Source of the DNA: Flavobacteriaceae bacterium
GTDB taxonomy: Bacteria; Bacteroidota; Bacteroidia; Flavobacteriales; Flavobacteriaceae
Assembly (NCBI GenBank): GCA_024644745.1
Contig: JAHEHF010000005.1
Coordinates: 8,796 to 72,795 of the forward strand
DNA length: 64,000 nucleotides
Direction of reading: 5' to 3'
In this document: positions 46,397 to 55,384 of the stretch, one piece after another
Position numbering within the stretch: position 1 is the first letter of the stretch
How the letters are laid out: each line of letters opens with the position of its first letter
Notes under the pieces: model-generated
Seen by the model: the letters and a program-made list of their open reading frames with translations, nothing else
Told to the model about the DNA's origin: nothing
Database searches by the model: none
Position numbers and translations under genes: made by a program

Positions 46397-47149
46397 TCAT
46401 TGCACTTTATTCAAAAATTCCTGCACCGCGCTCCAATAGGCTGTATGGCTTGGATTACTGTCCCAGAGCGCCTTTGAACCATGTTTGCCTTCCGTTTCAG
46501 GCAAAAAATAAGACTTTTCAGATCTTACCCCATCATAAATAGCTTTCCAGTTCTTGTATTCGCTTTTGGCAGAGGTCACAAAAACCGGGCAGGTTATTCT
46601 CGAAGCATAAGTTTTAAGCTCCTTGTTATTGATCTTAAAATAGGCCCCTGGCGCAAAACTCAGGATGCCACTCAGATTGTTGTGGTGCACACTGCCCATA
46701 TAAAACATGATTGCTGCCGAATACGAGCTTCCCCACAAAATGATTTTCTCAGGCTTGATACCGTATTTGACATAAAGGTAAGCGGCCTCAATGTCTGCGA
46801 GTGCATCCAGATACTCGGTTGGCAGGTTTTTGTTCACCGCTTCCTGATGCGTTTTATTCACGATCCCATTCACCTTATCCCCGGAGCGCTGGTCTACGGC
46901 CATGCAATTGAATCCCAGTTCATTGAGTTTTGGGGCGATACTTCTGTATTCTCCACGGCTGTATCCGGCCTGATGATACAGGATGATAAAGGGAGCATTG
47001 CTGGCATGGGGCATGTACAGATCGGCAGTGACTTTTAGGCCGTCATCGGCTTTGAAACTGATGGTTTCACCGATAAAATCGAGATCGGCCTGGGCCTTTA
47101 GTGCCATCAGGCTAAAAAAGAATAAGAATAAGGAAGTATAATATTTCAT
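46397..47149 (-). CDS. Secreted alpha/beta hydrolase (dienelactone hydrolase-like)
   Basis: Signal peptide. Nucleophile-elbow-like LWGSSYSAA and C-terminal EGKHGSKAL with a candidate His. Confidence 0.6.
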   Translation of the reverse strand: MKYYTSLFLFFFSLMALKAQADLDFIGETISFKADDGLKVTADLYMPHASNAPFIILYHQAGYSRGEYRSIAPKLNELGFNCMAVDQRSGDKVNGIVNKTHQEAVNKNLPTEYLDALADIEAAYLYVKYGIKPEKIILWGSSYSAAIMFYMGSVHHNNLSGILSFAPGAYFKINNKELKTYASRITCPVFVTSAKSEYKNWKAIYDGVRSEKSYFLPETEGKHGSKALWDSNPSHTAYWSAVQEFLNKVQ

Positions 47150-47297
47150 AGACGATAAGAAGTTTACAGAAAATAAAGTTACACATATTTCCGCATCTCC
47201 ACCAAATGTAAGCTTTACAGTCTTAAAATTCTAATTCAATGATTGCCCTGGATGATTCTAAACAGCAAGGGTTTAAAAGATTAAAAAAATGAAAACC

Positions 47298-48077
47298 CTA
47301 CTTAAAATGCGATTTTGACTTATTCCAGTAAACATCCATTTCATCCAGGCTCATGTCTTTGAGTGACTGACCGTTTTTTCGCACTTCATTTTCAAGGAAT
47401 TGAAATCTTTTGATGAATTTCTTATTGGTTCTTTCAAGGGCGCTTTCAGGGTCCACCTTGATAAAACGGGCATAGTTGATCAGGGAAAAAAGGACGTCTC
47501 CGAATTCAGATTCTATACGGACTGGGTCTTCACGCACTACTTCATCATGGAGTTCTTTTATCTCTTCCTGTACTTTTGTAAAAACCTGTTCAGTTTCATC
47601 CCAGTCAAAGCCTGAGCTGGCTGCCTTGTCCTGTATACGGCTTGCTTTGATCATGGCAGGAAGTGATTTTGGCACTCCTTCCAATACTGATTTTTTTCCT
47701 TCCTTAAGTTTGAGCTGTTCCCAGTTTTTGGCCACCTGTTCTTCGGTTTGCGCTTCGACATCACCATAGACATGAGGGTGCCTGTGAATTAATTTTTCAT
47801 TGATGCCCCTTATGACCTCTAAGATGTCAAACGATTTTTTCTCACTCCCAATTTTGGAATAGAACACAATGTGCAGCAACAAGTCACCCAATTCTTTCCT
47901 GATCTCATCCTGATCATCGTCGAGAATCGCGTCACCCAGCTCATAGGTCTCTTCAATGGTCAGATGCCTCAGAGATTGCATGGTCTGCTTTTTGTCCCAG
48001 GGGCATTTTTCCCTCAGTTCATCCATGATGTCTAAAAGCTCACCAAAAGCTTCCATTTGCTTTTCTCTTTGGGTCAT
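47298..48077 (-). CDS. mazG: Nucleoside triphosphate pyrophosphohydrolase MazG
   Basis: 259 aa. Tandem MazG domains with EETYELGDAI and EELGDLLLHIVF. Confidence 0.9.
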   Translation of the reverse strand: MTQREKQMEAFGELLDIMDELREKCPWDKKQTMQSLRHLTIEETYELGDAILDDDQDEIRKELGDLLLHIVFYSKIGSEKKSFDILEVIRGINEKLIHRHPHVYGDVEAQTEEQVAKNWEQLKLKEGKKSVLEGVPKSLPAMIKASRIQDKAASSGFDWDETEQVFTKVQEEIKELHDEVVREDPVRIESEFGDVLFSLINYARFIKVDPESALERTNKKFIKRFQFLENEVRKNGQSLKDMSLDEMDVYWNKSKSHFK

Positions 48078-48095
48078 TGATGCTCAGGATTTAAT

Positions 48096-48527
48096 TTAGG
48101 CTTCTTCTTCTTTGTTTTCCTCATCTTGTGCTTCATCTTCCAAACTCTTGAAGTCAAAATCTGCCGCCACTAAGGCATTGTACCAGGAAAGGACTTTTTT
48201 AATATTTGAGGCATAAACTCTTTCTTCATCATAACCCGGCAGCACCTCACTAAAATAAGACAACAGCTCATTTTTTGATGATTTTGGGTCAATTGAATTT
48301 TTGCCATCTTCCTTTTCGTTGATATTCAGCAACACATTTTTGAGAGGCACTTCGGCCTCATAGGTATAAATGGCAATGTCATTCAAAGTGCTTATATTAT
48401 GCAGGTTGTTGACTGGGAACCTTTTTTTGTCTGTCAAAGATTCAACAATGATCCCTGATTTAGACTGGGAAATGATCTCGTATAATCCGGGTTTACCCGA
48501 AATGGCAATTACTTTTTCTAATTTCAT
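48096..48527 (-). CDS. DUF5606 domain-containing protein
   Basis: 143 aa. The N-terminus MKLEKVIAISGKPGLYEI resembles DUF5606 proteins that I recall near def in Flavobacteriia. Acidic tail. Confidence 0.6.
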   Translation of the reverse strand: MKLEKVIAISGKPGLYEIISQSKSGIIVESLTDKKRFPVNNLHNISTLNDIAIYTYEAEVPLKNVLLNINEKEDGKNSIDPKSSKNELLSYFSEVLPGYDEERVYASNIKKVLSWYNALVAADFDFKSLEDEAQDEENKEEEA

Positions 48528-48536
48528 ATGATGATT

Positions 48537-49121
48537 CTATTTTTTTTGATTGGGAAACTTCATTCTGTAATCAACTTCTACTTTTCCTTTTGAAATATTT
48601 TCAAGTTTCTTCTTTAAAAGGCGTTTTTTCAGGCTTGACAACTTATCTGTAAAGAGGATGCCTTCGATATGGTCATATTCGTGCTGGAAGATTCTGGCGG
48701 CCAATCCGCTTAGGGTTTCCTTTTTTTTCTCAAAATTTTCATCGAAGTATTCTATGTGGATCGTTTCATTTCTAAACACGTCTTCGTTGATGTTCGGGAT
48801 ACTCAGGCAACCTTCGTTAAAGGCCCATTCTTCACCTTCTTCTTCAATGATCTGTGCATTGATAAATGTCTTATTGAAGTTTTTCAGAAAATTCCTTTCT
48901 TCTTCCCCCAGCTCTTCATTTTCAGAAAATGGAGACGCATCGATCAAAAACAAACGGATGTCTTTGCCTATTTGTGGTGCGGCAAGCCCCACGCCCTGAG
49001 CGTTTTTCATGGTCTCCCGCATATTCATGATGAGTTCATCAAGTTTGGGATAATCCTTGCTAATTCCCTTTCCTACCTTTCTCAATACTGGATCTCCATA
49101 AGCAACAATCGGTAAAATCAT
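48537..49121 (-). CDS. def: Peptide deformylase
   Basis: Motifs GVGLAAPQIG, EGCLSIP and QHEYDHIEG. Confidence 0.95.
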   Translation of the reverse strand: MILPIVAYGDPVLRKVGKGISKDYPKLDELIMNMRETMKNAQGVGLAAPQIGKDIRLFLIDASPFSENEELGEEERNFLKNFNKTFINAQIIEEEGEEWAFNEGCLSIPNINEDVFRNETIHIEYFDENFEKKKETLSGLAARIFQHEYDHIEGILFTDKLSSLKKRLLKKKLENISKGKVEVDYRMKFPNQKK

Positions 49122-49127
49122 AGGTAT

Positions 49128-49541
49128 TCAATTTTTATTGTAAAGATAACTTTGTAATATTATTGTGGCGCTGATCTCGTCGATCAGGGCTTTGTTTTGT
49201 CTTTGTTTTTTTTTCAATCCACTGTCAATCATGGTTTGGAAAGCCATTTTTGAGGTAAATCGCTCATCAACTCGCTCAATGGGAATATCAGAAAACTTAT
49301 TTCTTAATTTTTCAATAAAGGGCCTGATATATTTTTCACTTTCCGATTCCTTATTGTTCAGCTGCTTTGGTTCTCCGATCAAAAACAGTTCCACTTTTTC
49401 TGTTTTCAGATAGTTTTCTATAAAATCAAAAATGTCCCTGGTTTGAACCGTAGTCAGACCTGAAGCAATCAGCTGCATCTCATCTGTTACGGCAATTCCT
49501 GTTCTTTTTTCGCCAAAATCCATGGCCATTATTCTCGACAT
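49128..49541 (-). CDS. ruvX: Holliday junction resolvase-like protein RuvX (YqgF)
   Basis: MSRIMAMDFGEKRTGIAV is typical of YqgF. The ORF-track start at 49547 is TTG; the first ATG is at 49541. Confidence 0.9.
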   Translation of the reverse strand: MSRIMAMDFGEKRTGIAVTDEMQLIASGLTTVQTRDIFDFIENYLKTEKVELFLIGEPKQLNNKESESEKYIRPFIEKLRNKFSDIPIERVDERFTSKMAFQTMIDSGLKKKQRQNKALIDEISATIILQSYLYNKN

Positions 49542-49558
49542 TCTCAATTAAATTTTTG

Positions 49559-49566
49559 CAAATTTA
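49559..49566 (-). promoter_or_regulatory. -7 promoter box TAaaTTTG for the ruvX-def-DUF5606-mazG operon
   Basis: caaattta on the + strand is TAAATTTG on the - strand, 17 nt before the ATG at 49541. Confidence 0.45.
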
Positions 49567-49623
49567 CCTCTTTTTTAGATGAAAAGAATACAATTAAAAT
49601 GGATTTTTTAAATCCTGCTTTTT

Positions 49624-49631
49624 TATATTTG
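49624..49631 (+). promoter_or_regulatory. -7 promoter box TAtaTTTG for dapD
   Basis: Exact TAnnTTTG match, 17 nt before the dapD ATG. Confidence 0.45.
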
Positions 49632-49648
49632 CGACTTAAATTTGCCTT

Positions 49649-50464
49649 ATGAGTGATTTACGCCAAGTTATAGAAAATGCCTGGGACAATAGAGACCAGT
49701 TAAAAGATCCACATGTTCAGGATGCCATCAGACAGGTAATTGATCTGTTGGATCGAGGAGAATTAAGGGTGGCTGAACCGATGGAGGAGGGCTGGCAGGT
49801 GAATGAATGGGTGAAGAAGGCCGTGGTTTTATATTTTCCGATTCAGAAAATGGAAACCCTGGAGGCCGGCATATTTGAATACCACGATAAGATCCCTTTG
49901 AAAAAGGGCTATCAGGAAAAAGGCATCAGGGTTGTACCCCATGCGGTTGCAAGGCATGGTGCTTATATCTCAAAAGGAACCATTTTGATGCCAAGTTATG
50001 TAAATATCGGGGCCTATGTTGATGAAGGAACCATGGTGGACACCTGGGCCACGGTTGGCAGCTGTGCGCAGATCGGAAAGAATGTGCATCTCAGTGGCGG
50101 TGTAGGAATCGGAGGTGTTCTGGAGCCTTTGCAAGCCGCACCGGTTATTATTGAGGATGGTGTTTTTGTAGGTTCGCGTTGCATTGTTGTTGAAGGGGTC
50201 AGGGTAGAGAAGGAGGCCGTTTTAGGCGCAAATGTGGTACTCACAATGAGCACAAAAATTATCGACGTGACGGGAGATGAACCCATTGAGATGAAGGGCA
50301 GGGTTCCTTCACGTTCTGTCGTGATTCCGGGAAGTTACACAAAAACATTCAAGGCCGGAGATTATCAGGTTCCATGTGCTTTGATCATCGGTCAAAGGAA
50401 AGAAAGCACAAATAAGAAAACCTCCCTGAACGATGCGCTTAGAGAGTATGATGTAGCGGTTTAA
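49649..50464 (+). CDS. dapD: 2,3,4,5-tetrahydropyridine-2,6-dicarboxylate N-succinyltransferase
   Basis: 271 aa. Left-handed beta-helix hexapeptide repeats (GAYVDEGTMVDTWATVGSCAQIGKNVHLSGGVGIGG). Confidence 0.9.
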   Translation: MSDLRQVIENAWDNRDQLKDPHVQDAIRQVIDLLDRGELRVAEPMEEGWQVNEWVKKAVVLYFPIQKMETLEAGIFEYHDKIPLKKGYQEKGIRVVPHAVARHGAYISKGTILMPSYVNIGAYVDEGTMVDTWATVGSCAQIGKNVHLSGGVGIGGVLEPLQAAPVIIEDGVFVGSRCIVVEGVRVEKEAVLGANVVLTMSTKIIDVTGDEPIEMKGRVPSRSVVIPGSYTKTFKAGDYQVPCALIIGQRKESTNKKTSLNDALREYDVAV

Positions 50465-50476
50465 AGCTGCCAGTTT

Positions 50477-51241
50477 TTATTTCCTTCCGAAACGGAGCCA
50501 TTCTTTGAATTTTTGGCGGCGCTCATATTTGTTTCGAAACTTTTTGATCTCGCCCCACATTTTATTAAAAAGAAGCTCATCATCCAGCCCGGTCAATTTG
50601 GCATATTCGTCGCTCATGATTTTCACCATTTCAATATCCTCTGTCAACTTGGAAAAGTTTTTCATCCTGCTGTCCAGATCGAGATCAAAAAAGTCCATTC
50701 TGTTCAGATCGATCAGAAAAAATTGATATTGCCCGTTCTTTTTTACAATCAGCGTGTTGCCCGCAGAATGATCTTTAAAGAAAATACCGTGTTCATGAAG
50801 GGAAAAAGTGAATTGTGTAAACTGTCTTAACATGTTCTCTCCATCGGGATAGTCAGGATCCGATCTCAATTCCCGAAATGTCAGATCGTATTCGAGGTGC
50901 TTGCTGAAATAATAGCTTTGCCGTATGCCAATTGCAGAGAAATATTCGAAATAGGCCAGTGGTTTTGGTGTCCCAATATTATTTTTTTCCAACCGGCAGG
51001 CATGTTCATACGATCGTTTCGCTTTTGAGGACCTGAAATATTTGTAGGCTATCCGGTTAAAGATATGCGGTACTTTAAATGATTTTACATTGATGACCTG
51101 GTCCTTTACGCGGAATGATTTGATCAGATTCCGCCCCCTGTCATCTATGACCTTGCCCTGGGTTTCGAACTGATCGATAACAGACAGATAATCTTCTTGA
51201 TCTAAGATTGAATCAGGATGTATTTTATACCTTACAGACAT
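50477..51241 (-). CDS. Lipopolysaccharide kinase (Kdo/WaaP) family protein
   Basis: 254 aa. Kinase-like catalytic loop FKDHSAGNTLI and LIDLNRMDF. Confidence 0.6.
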   Translation of the reverse strand: MSVRYKIHPDSILDQEDYLSVIDQFETQGKVIDDRGRNLIKSFRVKDQVINVKSFKVPHIFNRIAYKYFRSSKAKRSYEHACRLEKNNIGTPKPLAYFEYFSAIGIRQSYYFSKHLEYDLTFRELRSDPDYPDGENMLRQFTQFTFSLHEHGIFFKDHSAGNTLIVKKNGQYQFFLIDLNRMDFFDLDLDSRMKNFSKLTEDIEMVKIMSDEYAKLTGLDDELLFNKMWGEIKKFRNKYERRQKFKEWLRFGRK

Positions 51242-51387
51242 TTAAAGCTTAAAATTAATTTTTTATTTTTTCCATTCTTGAGCTGTTTATCACTAATTGT
51301 CATCTGACCTGAAGGGCTTCATGTTTTTATGTTAGGAAGGATGTCAGCAAGAGAATTGGTCATTGTCTTTTCATCAAAAAATCCATA

Positions 51388-52188
51388 TCAAAACGGAAAT
51401 GATTTTTTGAGCACCTCCAGATCGATCTGTATTTCATAGGGTTCAAACACCTTCAGGATATCCTCCAATTTTTTAAATTCACTGAATTTTACCGGGCCCT
51501 TGACAGTTCTTCCCACAGAATTGAAGTAGTCCTGAAATTTGAAATGCCCGTCTTCAAAAGGGTGCTCAAATTCAATCCACACCGAAGGAATACCATAGGC
51601 GTCCCCAATGATGATCCCGTGTAGGGAACTGGAAACTATTTTCTCACAGGAAAGCATTTCATCAACCACTTGCATGGGATATTTGTTCTGAATGTCAATG
51701 ATTTTTACAGAAGATTCATGCGTAAAATACCTGAGCCAGGGATCATTTTTGTCTTTAAAATGAGGAATGATGCCTAACTTATATTGTTTTTTTCTTTTAG
51801 GGTCAGGATGGATTTCTGGAAGCAGTAAAGCCGGGTCTCCATAAATTTCAGGGCATTCAATTCCCTGAGCGATTAATTTATCTCTGGTCAGGGGACCTCT
51901 GACTGCCAAAACTTTTTTAGGAATTTCATCACATCGGGCGGTTTCCGAAATCAGGCCGCTTCCCCATATGATCGATTTGCTGGTGCACCTTTGGAGAATG
52001 GAACCTATCATGAAATAATGTTCAAATCTTCTGCAATTTCTTTTGGAAATTCTTTTCACCTTTTTGGATCCGTAATGCCCGGCAATGATAGGGCTAAGAA
52101 TATCACCGAGGTTATTTCTGTGGTTGTCATAGGATAGATACACTTGATTCTCCTTATCGATTGCATTCCATGGAAATCTAAAACCCAT
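51388..52188 (-). CDS. Polysaccharide pyruvyl transferase family protein
   Basis: 266 aa. NLGDILSPII near the N-terminus, GDPALLLP, and SSSLHGIIIGDAYGIP, typical of the PS_pyruv_trans family. Confidence 0.6.
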   Translation of the reverse strand: MGFRFPWNAIDKENQVYLSYDNHRNNLGDILSPIIAGHYGSKKVKRISKRNCRRFEHYFMIGSILQRCTSKSIIWGSGLISETARCDEIPKKVLAVRGPLTRDKLIAQGIECPEIYGDPALLLPEIHPDPKRKKQYKLGIIPHFKDKNDPWLRYFTHESSVKIIDIQNKYPMQVVDEMLSCEKIVSSSLHGIIIGDAYGIPSVWIEFEHPFEDGHFKFQDYFNSVGRTVKGPVKFSEFKKLEDILKVFEPYEIQIDLEVLKKSFPF

Positions 52189-52515
52189 TCTTCGTCTGTG
52201 TTTAAAAGTAGTCGAATTTAGTGATAATTTCAGACAAAAGGCAGATTGTTAAATGGATTTTTTTGCCCTACAAAGCTTTGTAAATGAATGATTCAGGGCT
52301 GTCCTTACAGGAATTCATCAGATGGTTATGTTCCAGTGGCAGAGAAAATGATTGCTGAAGCGGATACTGAGTTTTAGGAATAGGATCTTTATGAGGCATC
52401 AAATTCCCACGGGTTGAACGGGATGTAATTCAATTCCTGATTCCGGGGCCCTGCCCCCTGTCAATTAAAATAAATTTGATTCGAATAATGTAGCATTGAA
52501 TACAGAAACAATTGC

Positions 52516-52523
52516 TAATTTTG
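52516..52523 (+). promoter_or_regulatory. -7 promoter box TAatTTTG for the GT2-tsaC-cca genes
   Basis: Exact TAnnTTTG match, 62 nt before the GT2 ATG. An 8-codon uORF (52557-52583) lies in the predicted leader. Confidence 0.35.
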
Positions 52524-52585
52524 CAGCTGCGATCTCAGTTGAAAGGTCGATTTGAAATGAAAATGTTTCCTAAACATACCTGATC

Positions 52586-53374
52586 ATGATAACGGCAATC
52601 ATCCCAACTTTAAATGAAGAGGAATTCATTGAAGAAGCCATTGCCTCAGTGGCTTTTGCGGATGAGATCATTGTGATCGATTCTTTCAGTACCGATAGAA
52701 CGGTAGAATTGGCCGAAGGCCATGGGGTTAAAATTGTTCAGCGAAAATTCGATAATTTTTCAAATCAGAAGAACTATGCCCTTGACCTGGCCAGTCATGA
52801 ATGGATCTATGTCCTGGACGCAGATGAGAGAGTCCCGCCGGCTTTGCAAACAGAAATTCTGGCCGCTGTGGATCATTCATTTGACTGTGTAGGGTTTTAT
52901 ACTTTCAGGACCTTTTATTTCAAGGAGGAGAGGATAAGATTTGGAGGTTGGCAAACGGACAAAGTGATCCGTTTGTTCAAAAAAGACTCGTGCAGATACG
53001 ATGGAAAACTCGTTCATGAGAAGATCCGGTATGATGGAAAAATAGGTTTTTTAAAAAACCGTATTGATCATTTTTCATTTAGAGATATGGCGCAGTACAA
53101 GGGCAAGCTGGATTTGTATGCTCATTTGCAGGCCAGGGAATTGATGGAGGTCTACAAGGAGATTCCTTTGGCTCATAGGTGGATCAAACCCGGTTTTCGG
53201 TTCCTGGTGCTTTACTTTATCCGATTTGGATTTCTTGATGGGAAGCCTGGATATACACTAGCGCGTTTGCATGCAAGGGCTGTACGTCAGCGTTATGTTC
53301 AGTTTGACAGCCTAAAAAAGAAAATTAAATTGAAGGAGCCAGATAGAAACCCGAAAATATCAGAAGTCATATGA
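52586..53374 (+). CDS. Family 2 glycosyltransferase
   Basis: 262 aa. MITAIIPTLNEE, IDSFSTD and a DxD motif (LDADE). Confidence 0.8.
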   Translation: MITAIIPTLNEEEFIEEAIASVAFADEIIVIDSFSTDRTVELAEGHGVKIVQRKFDNFSNQKNYALDLASHEWIYVLDADERVPPALQTEILAAVDHSFDCVGFYTFRTFYFKEERIRFGGWQTDKVIRLFKKDSCRYDGKLVHEKIRYDGKIGFLKNRIDHFSFRDMAQYKGKLDLYAHLQARELMEVYKEIPLAHRWIKPGFRFLVLYFIRFGFLDGKPGYTLARLHARAVRQRYVQFDSLKKKIKLKEPDRNPKISEVI

Positions 53375-53931
53375 AGGGGGAAATCAAAAGTGCCATCGAA
53401 GTATTGAGATCCGGAGGGGTATTAATTTATCCTACAGACACCATATGGGGCATCGGATGCGATGCCACAAATGAAGGCGCTGTGGCCAGGGTTTTTGACA
53501 TGAAGCAAAGATCAGAAAGCAAGAGCCTGATCATTTTGGTTGACAGCCTTGCCATGCTGAAACAATATGTGCCAGAATTCCCGGAGATTATACATTCCTT
53601 TTTACAGAAAGCAGAACGCCCTACAACAGTTATTTACAATAATCCCAGAGGATTGGCTCCCAATGTTGTTGCCCAGGATGATACCGTTGCCATACGCATG
53701 GTGAAACATGAATTCTGTGAAAAGTTGATTCATGAATTTGGCAAGCCCCTTGTATCCACATCAGCCAATATAAGTGGTTGTCCGGCGCCCGGAGATTTTC
53801 ATGAAATAGACCCCTTACTTTTGAATAAAGCGGATTATATAGTAAATTTGCCGCTGAAGAAATCGCAAAATACTGCTTCACAAATAATTAAAGTAAATGA
53901 TCTTGGAAAGATCGAGTACCTTCGAAAATAA
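53371..53931 (+). CDS. tsaC: L-threonylcarbamoyladenylate synthase (YrdC/TsaC-type)
   Basis: 186 aa. YPTDTIWGIGCDA and STSANISG. ATGA overlap with the GT2 stop. Confidence 0.88.
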   Translation: MKGEIKSAIEVLRSGGVLIYPTDTIWGIGCDATNEGAVARVFDMKQRSESKSLIILVDSLAMLKQYVPEFPEIIHSFLQKAERPTTVIYNNPRGLAPNVVAQDDTVAIRMVKHEFCEKLIHEFGKPLVSTSANISGCPAPGDFHEIDPLLLNKADYIVNLPLKKSQNTASQIIKVNDLGKIEYLRK

Positions 53932-53932
53932 T

Positions 53933-55363
53933 ATGTCTGAACCCGTGCAAACTTATAAACAGGCGATTTCACAGCCGATTTTTGACTATATCGCTTCAGC
54001 GGCATCAGCCTTGGATACTGAAACTTATGTGATTGGTGGCTTTGTCAGGGATTTTATTTTAGATAAGGAAAGGTCCAAGGACATTGATATAGTTGCCGTA
54101 GGCAGTGGAATTGATCTGGCCAATGAAGTGGCCAAGATTTTACCCACCAGGCCCAAGGTTCAGATTTTTAAGAATTATGGTACAGCCATGCTGAGATTCA
54201 ACGAACTTGAAGTTGAATTCGTGGGTGCCCGAAAGGAATCATACGTGAGCCACAGCCGGAATCCAATGGTCGATAAAGGAACCTTAAAGGATGATCAGGA
54301 TCGCAGAGACTTCACGATCAATGCCATGGCCATCAGCCTTAACAAATCAGATTACGGAGCATTGCTGGATCCTTTTGAAGGACTAACCGACTTAAAGAAT
54401 AAGGTGATCAAGACCCCTTTGGATCCTGATATTACATTCAGTGACGATCCCTTGCGCATGATGAGGGCCATCAGATTTTCCAGCCAGTTGAATTTTAAGA
54501 TCGAAAAAAAATCCCTCGATTCGATTGGGAAAAATGCAAAGCGAATTCAGATTGTCAGCCCTGAACGTGTTGTTGATGAATTGCATAAAATCATCTTAAG
54601 TGAGCAACCCTCGATTGGCCTTAAGCTTTTATACGACACCGGTATTTTGGACTTTATACTTCCAGAACTGTCTGATTTGAAAGGTGTTGAGCAAATCAAG
54701 GGCCAGAAACACAAGGATAACTTTTACCATACCCTGCAAGTAGTGGATAATATCGCCAGGAAGACTGACAACTTATGGCTCAGGTGGGCTGCTTTGCTCC
54801 ATGATATCGGAAAGGCACCCACAAAAAAATTCGACAAGAAAGTAGGATGGACCTTCCACGGGCATGAATTTGTAGGTTCTAAAATGGTCAAAAAAATATT
54901 TATCAGGTTGAAAATGCCCTTGAATGAAAAAATGAAATACGTCCAGAAAATTGTTATGATGAGTTCCAGACCGGTAATTTTGGCCGATAATGTGACAGAC
55001 TCTGCTGTAAGAAGACTTATTTTTGATGCAGGTGATGACCTGGATGATCTGATGACGCATTGTGAGGCCGACATAACCACTAAGAATCCGGTCAAAGAAA
55101 AACAATACCTGAATAATTTTAAGCTTGTACGTCAAAAGATCAAAGAAGTGGAAGCTCGTGACCACGTTCGTAATTTTCAGCCACCTATTTCCGGGGAATT
55201 GATCATGGAGACTTTTAATTTAAAGCCTTGTAAAGAGATCGGAACCATTAAAGATGCCATCAAAGAGGCCATCCTTGAGGGTGACATCGCGAATGATTTC
55301 AATGAAGCCTACCAGTTCATGCTCGACAAGGCGGCAGCGATCGGTTTAAAAAAGCAAGCTTGA
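53933..55363 (+). CDS. CCA tRNA nucleotidyltransferase / poly(A) polymerase family protein with HD domain
   Basis: GGFVRDFIL..SKDIDIV (nucleotidyltransferase head), DPLRMMRAIRF, and the HD region LLHDIGK. ATG at 53933 follows the tsaC stop. Confidence 0.85.
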   Translation: MSEPVQTYKQAISQPIFDYIASAASALDTETYVIGGFVRDFILDKERSKDIDIVAVGSGIDLANEVAKILPTRPKVQIFKNYGTAMLRFNELEVEFVGARKESYVSHSRNPMVDKGTLKDDQDRRDFTINAMAISLNKSDYGALLDPFEGLTDLKNKVIKTPLDPDITFSDDPLRMMRAIRFSSQLNFKIEKKSLDSIGKNAKRIQIVSPERVVDELHKIILSEQPSIGLKLLYDTGILDFILPELSDLKGVEQIKGQKHKDNFYHTLQVVDNIARKTDNLWLRWAALLHDIGKAPTKKFDKKVGWTFHGHEFVGSKMVKKIFIRLKMPLNEKMKYVQKIVMMSSRPVILADNVTDSAVRRLIFDAGDDLDDLMTHCEADITTKNPVKEKQYLNNFKLVRQKIKEVEARDHVRNFQPPISGELIMETFNLKPCKEIGTIKDAIKEAILEGDIANDFNEAYQFMLDKAAAIGLKKQA

Positions 55364-55384
55364 TCTTCAGAGAATCATCAATGA

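Noticed and set aside
52268-52399. 43-codon ORF (MPHKDPIPKTQYPLQQ...) on the - strand in the long spacer.
   Set aside because: It has no signal peptide, TM segment, motif or promoter box. It is kept only as a note inside the spacer finding.
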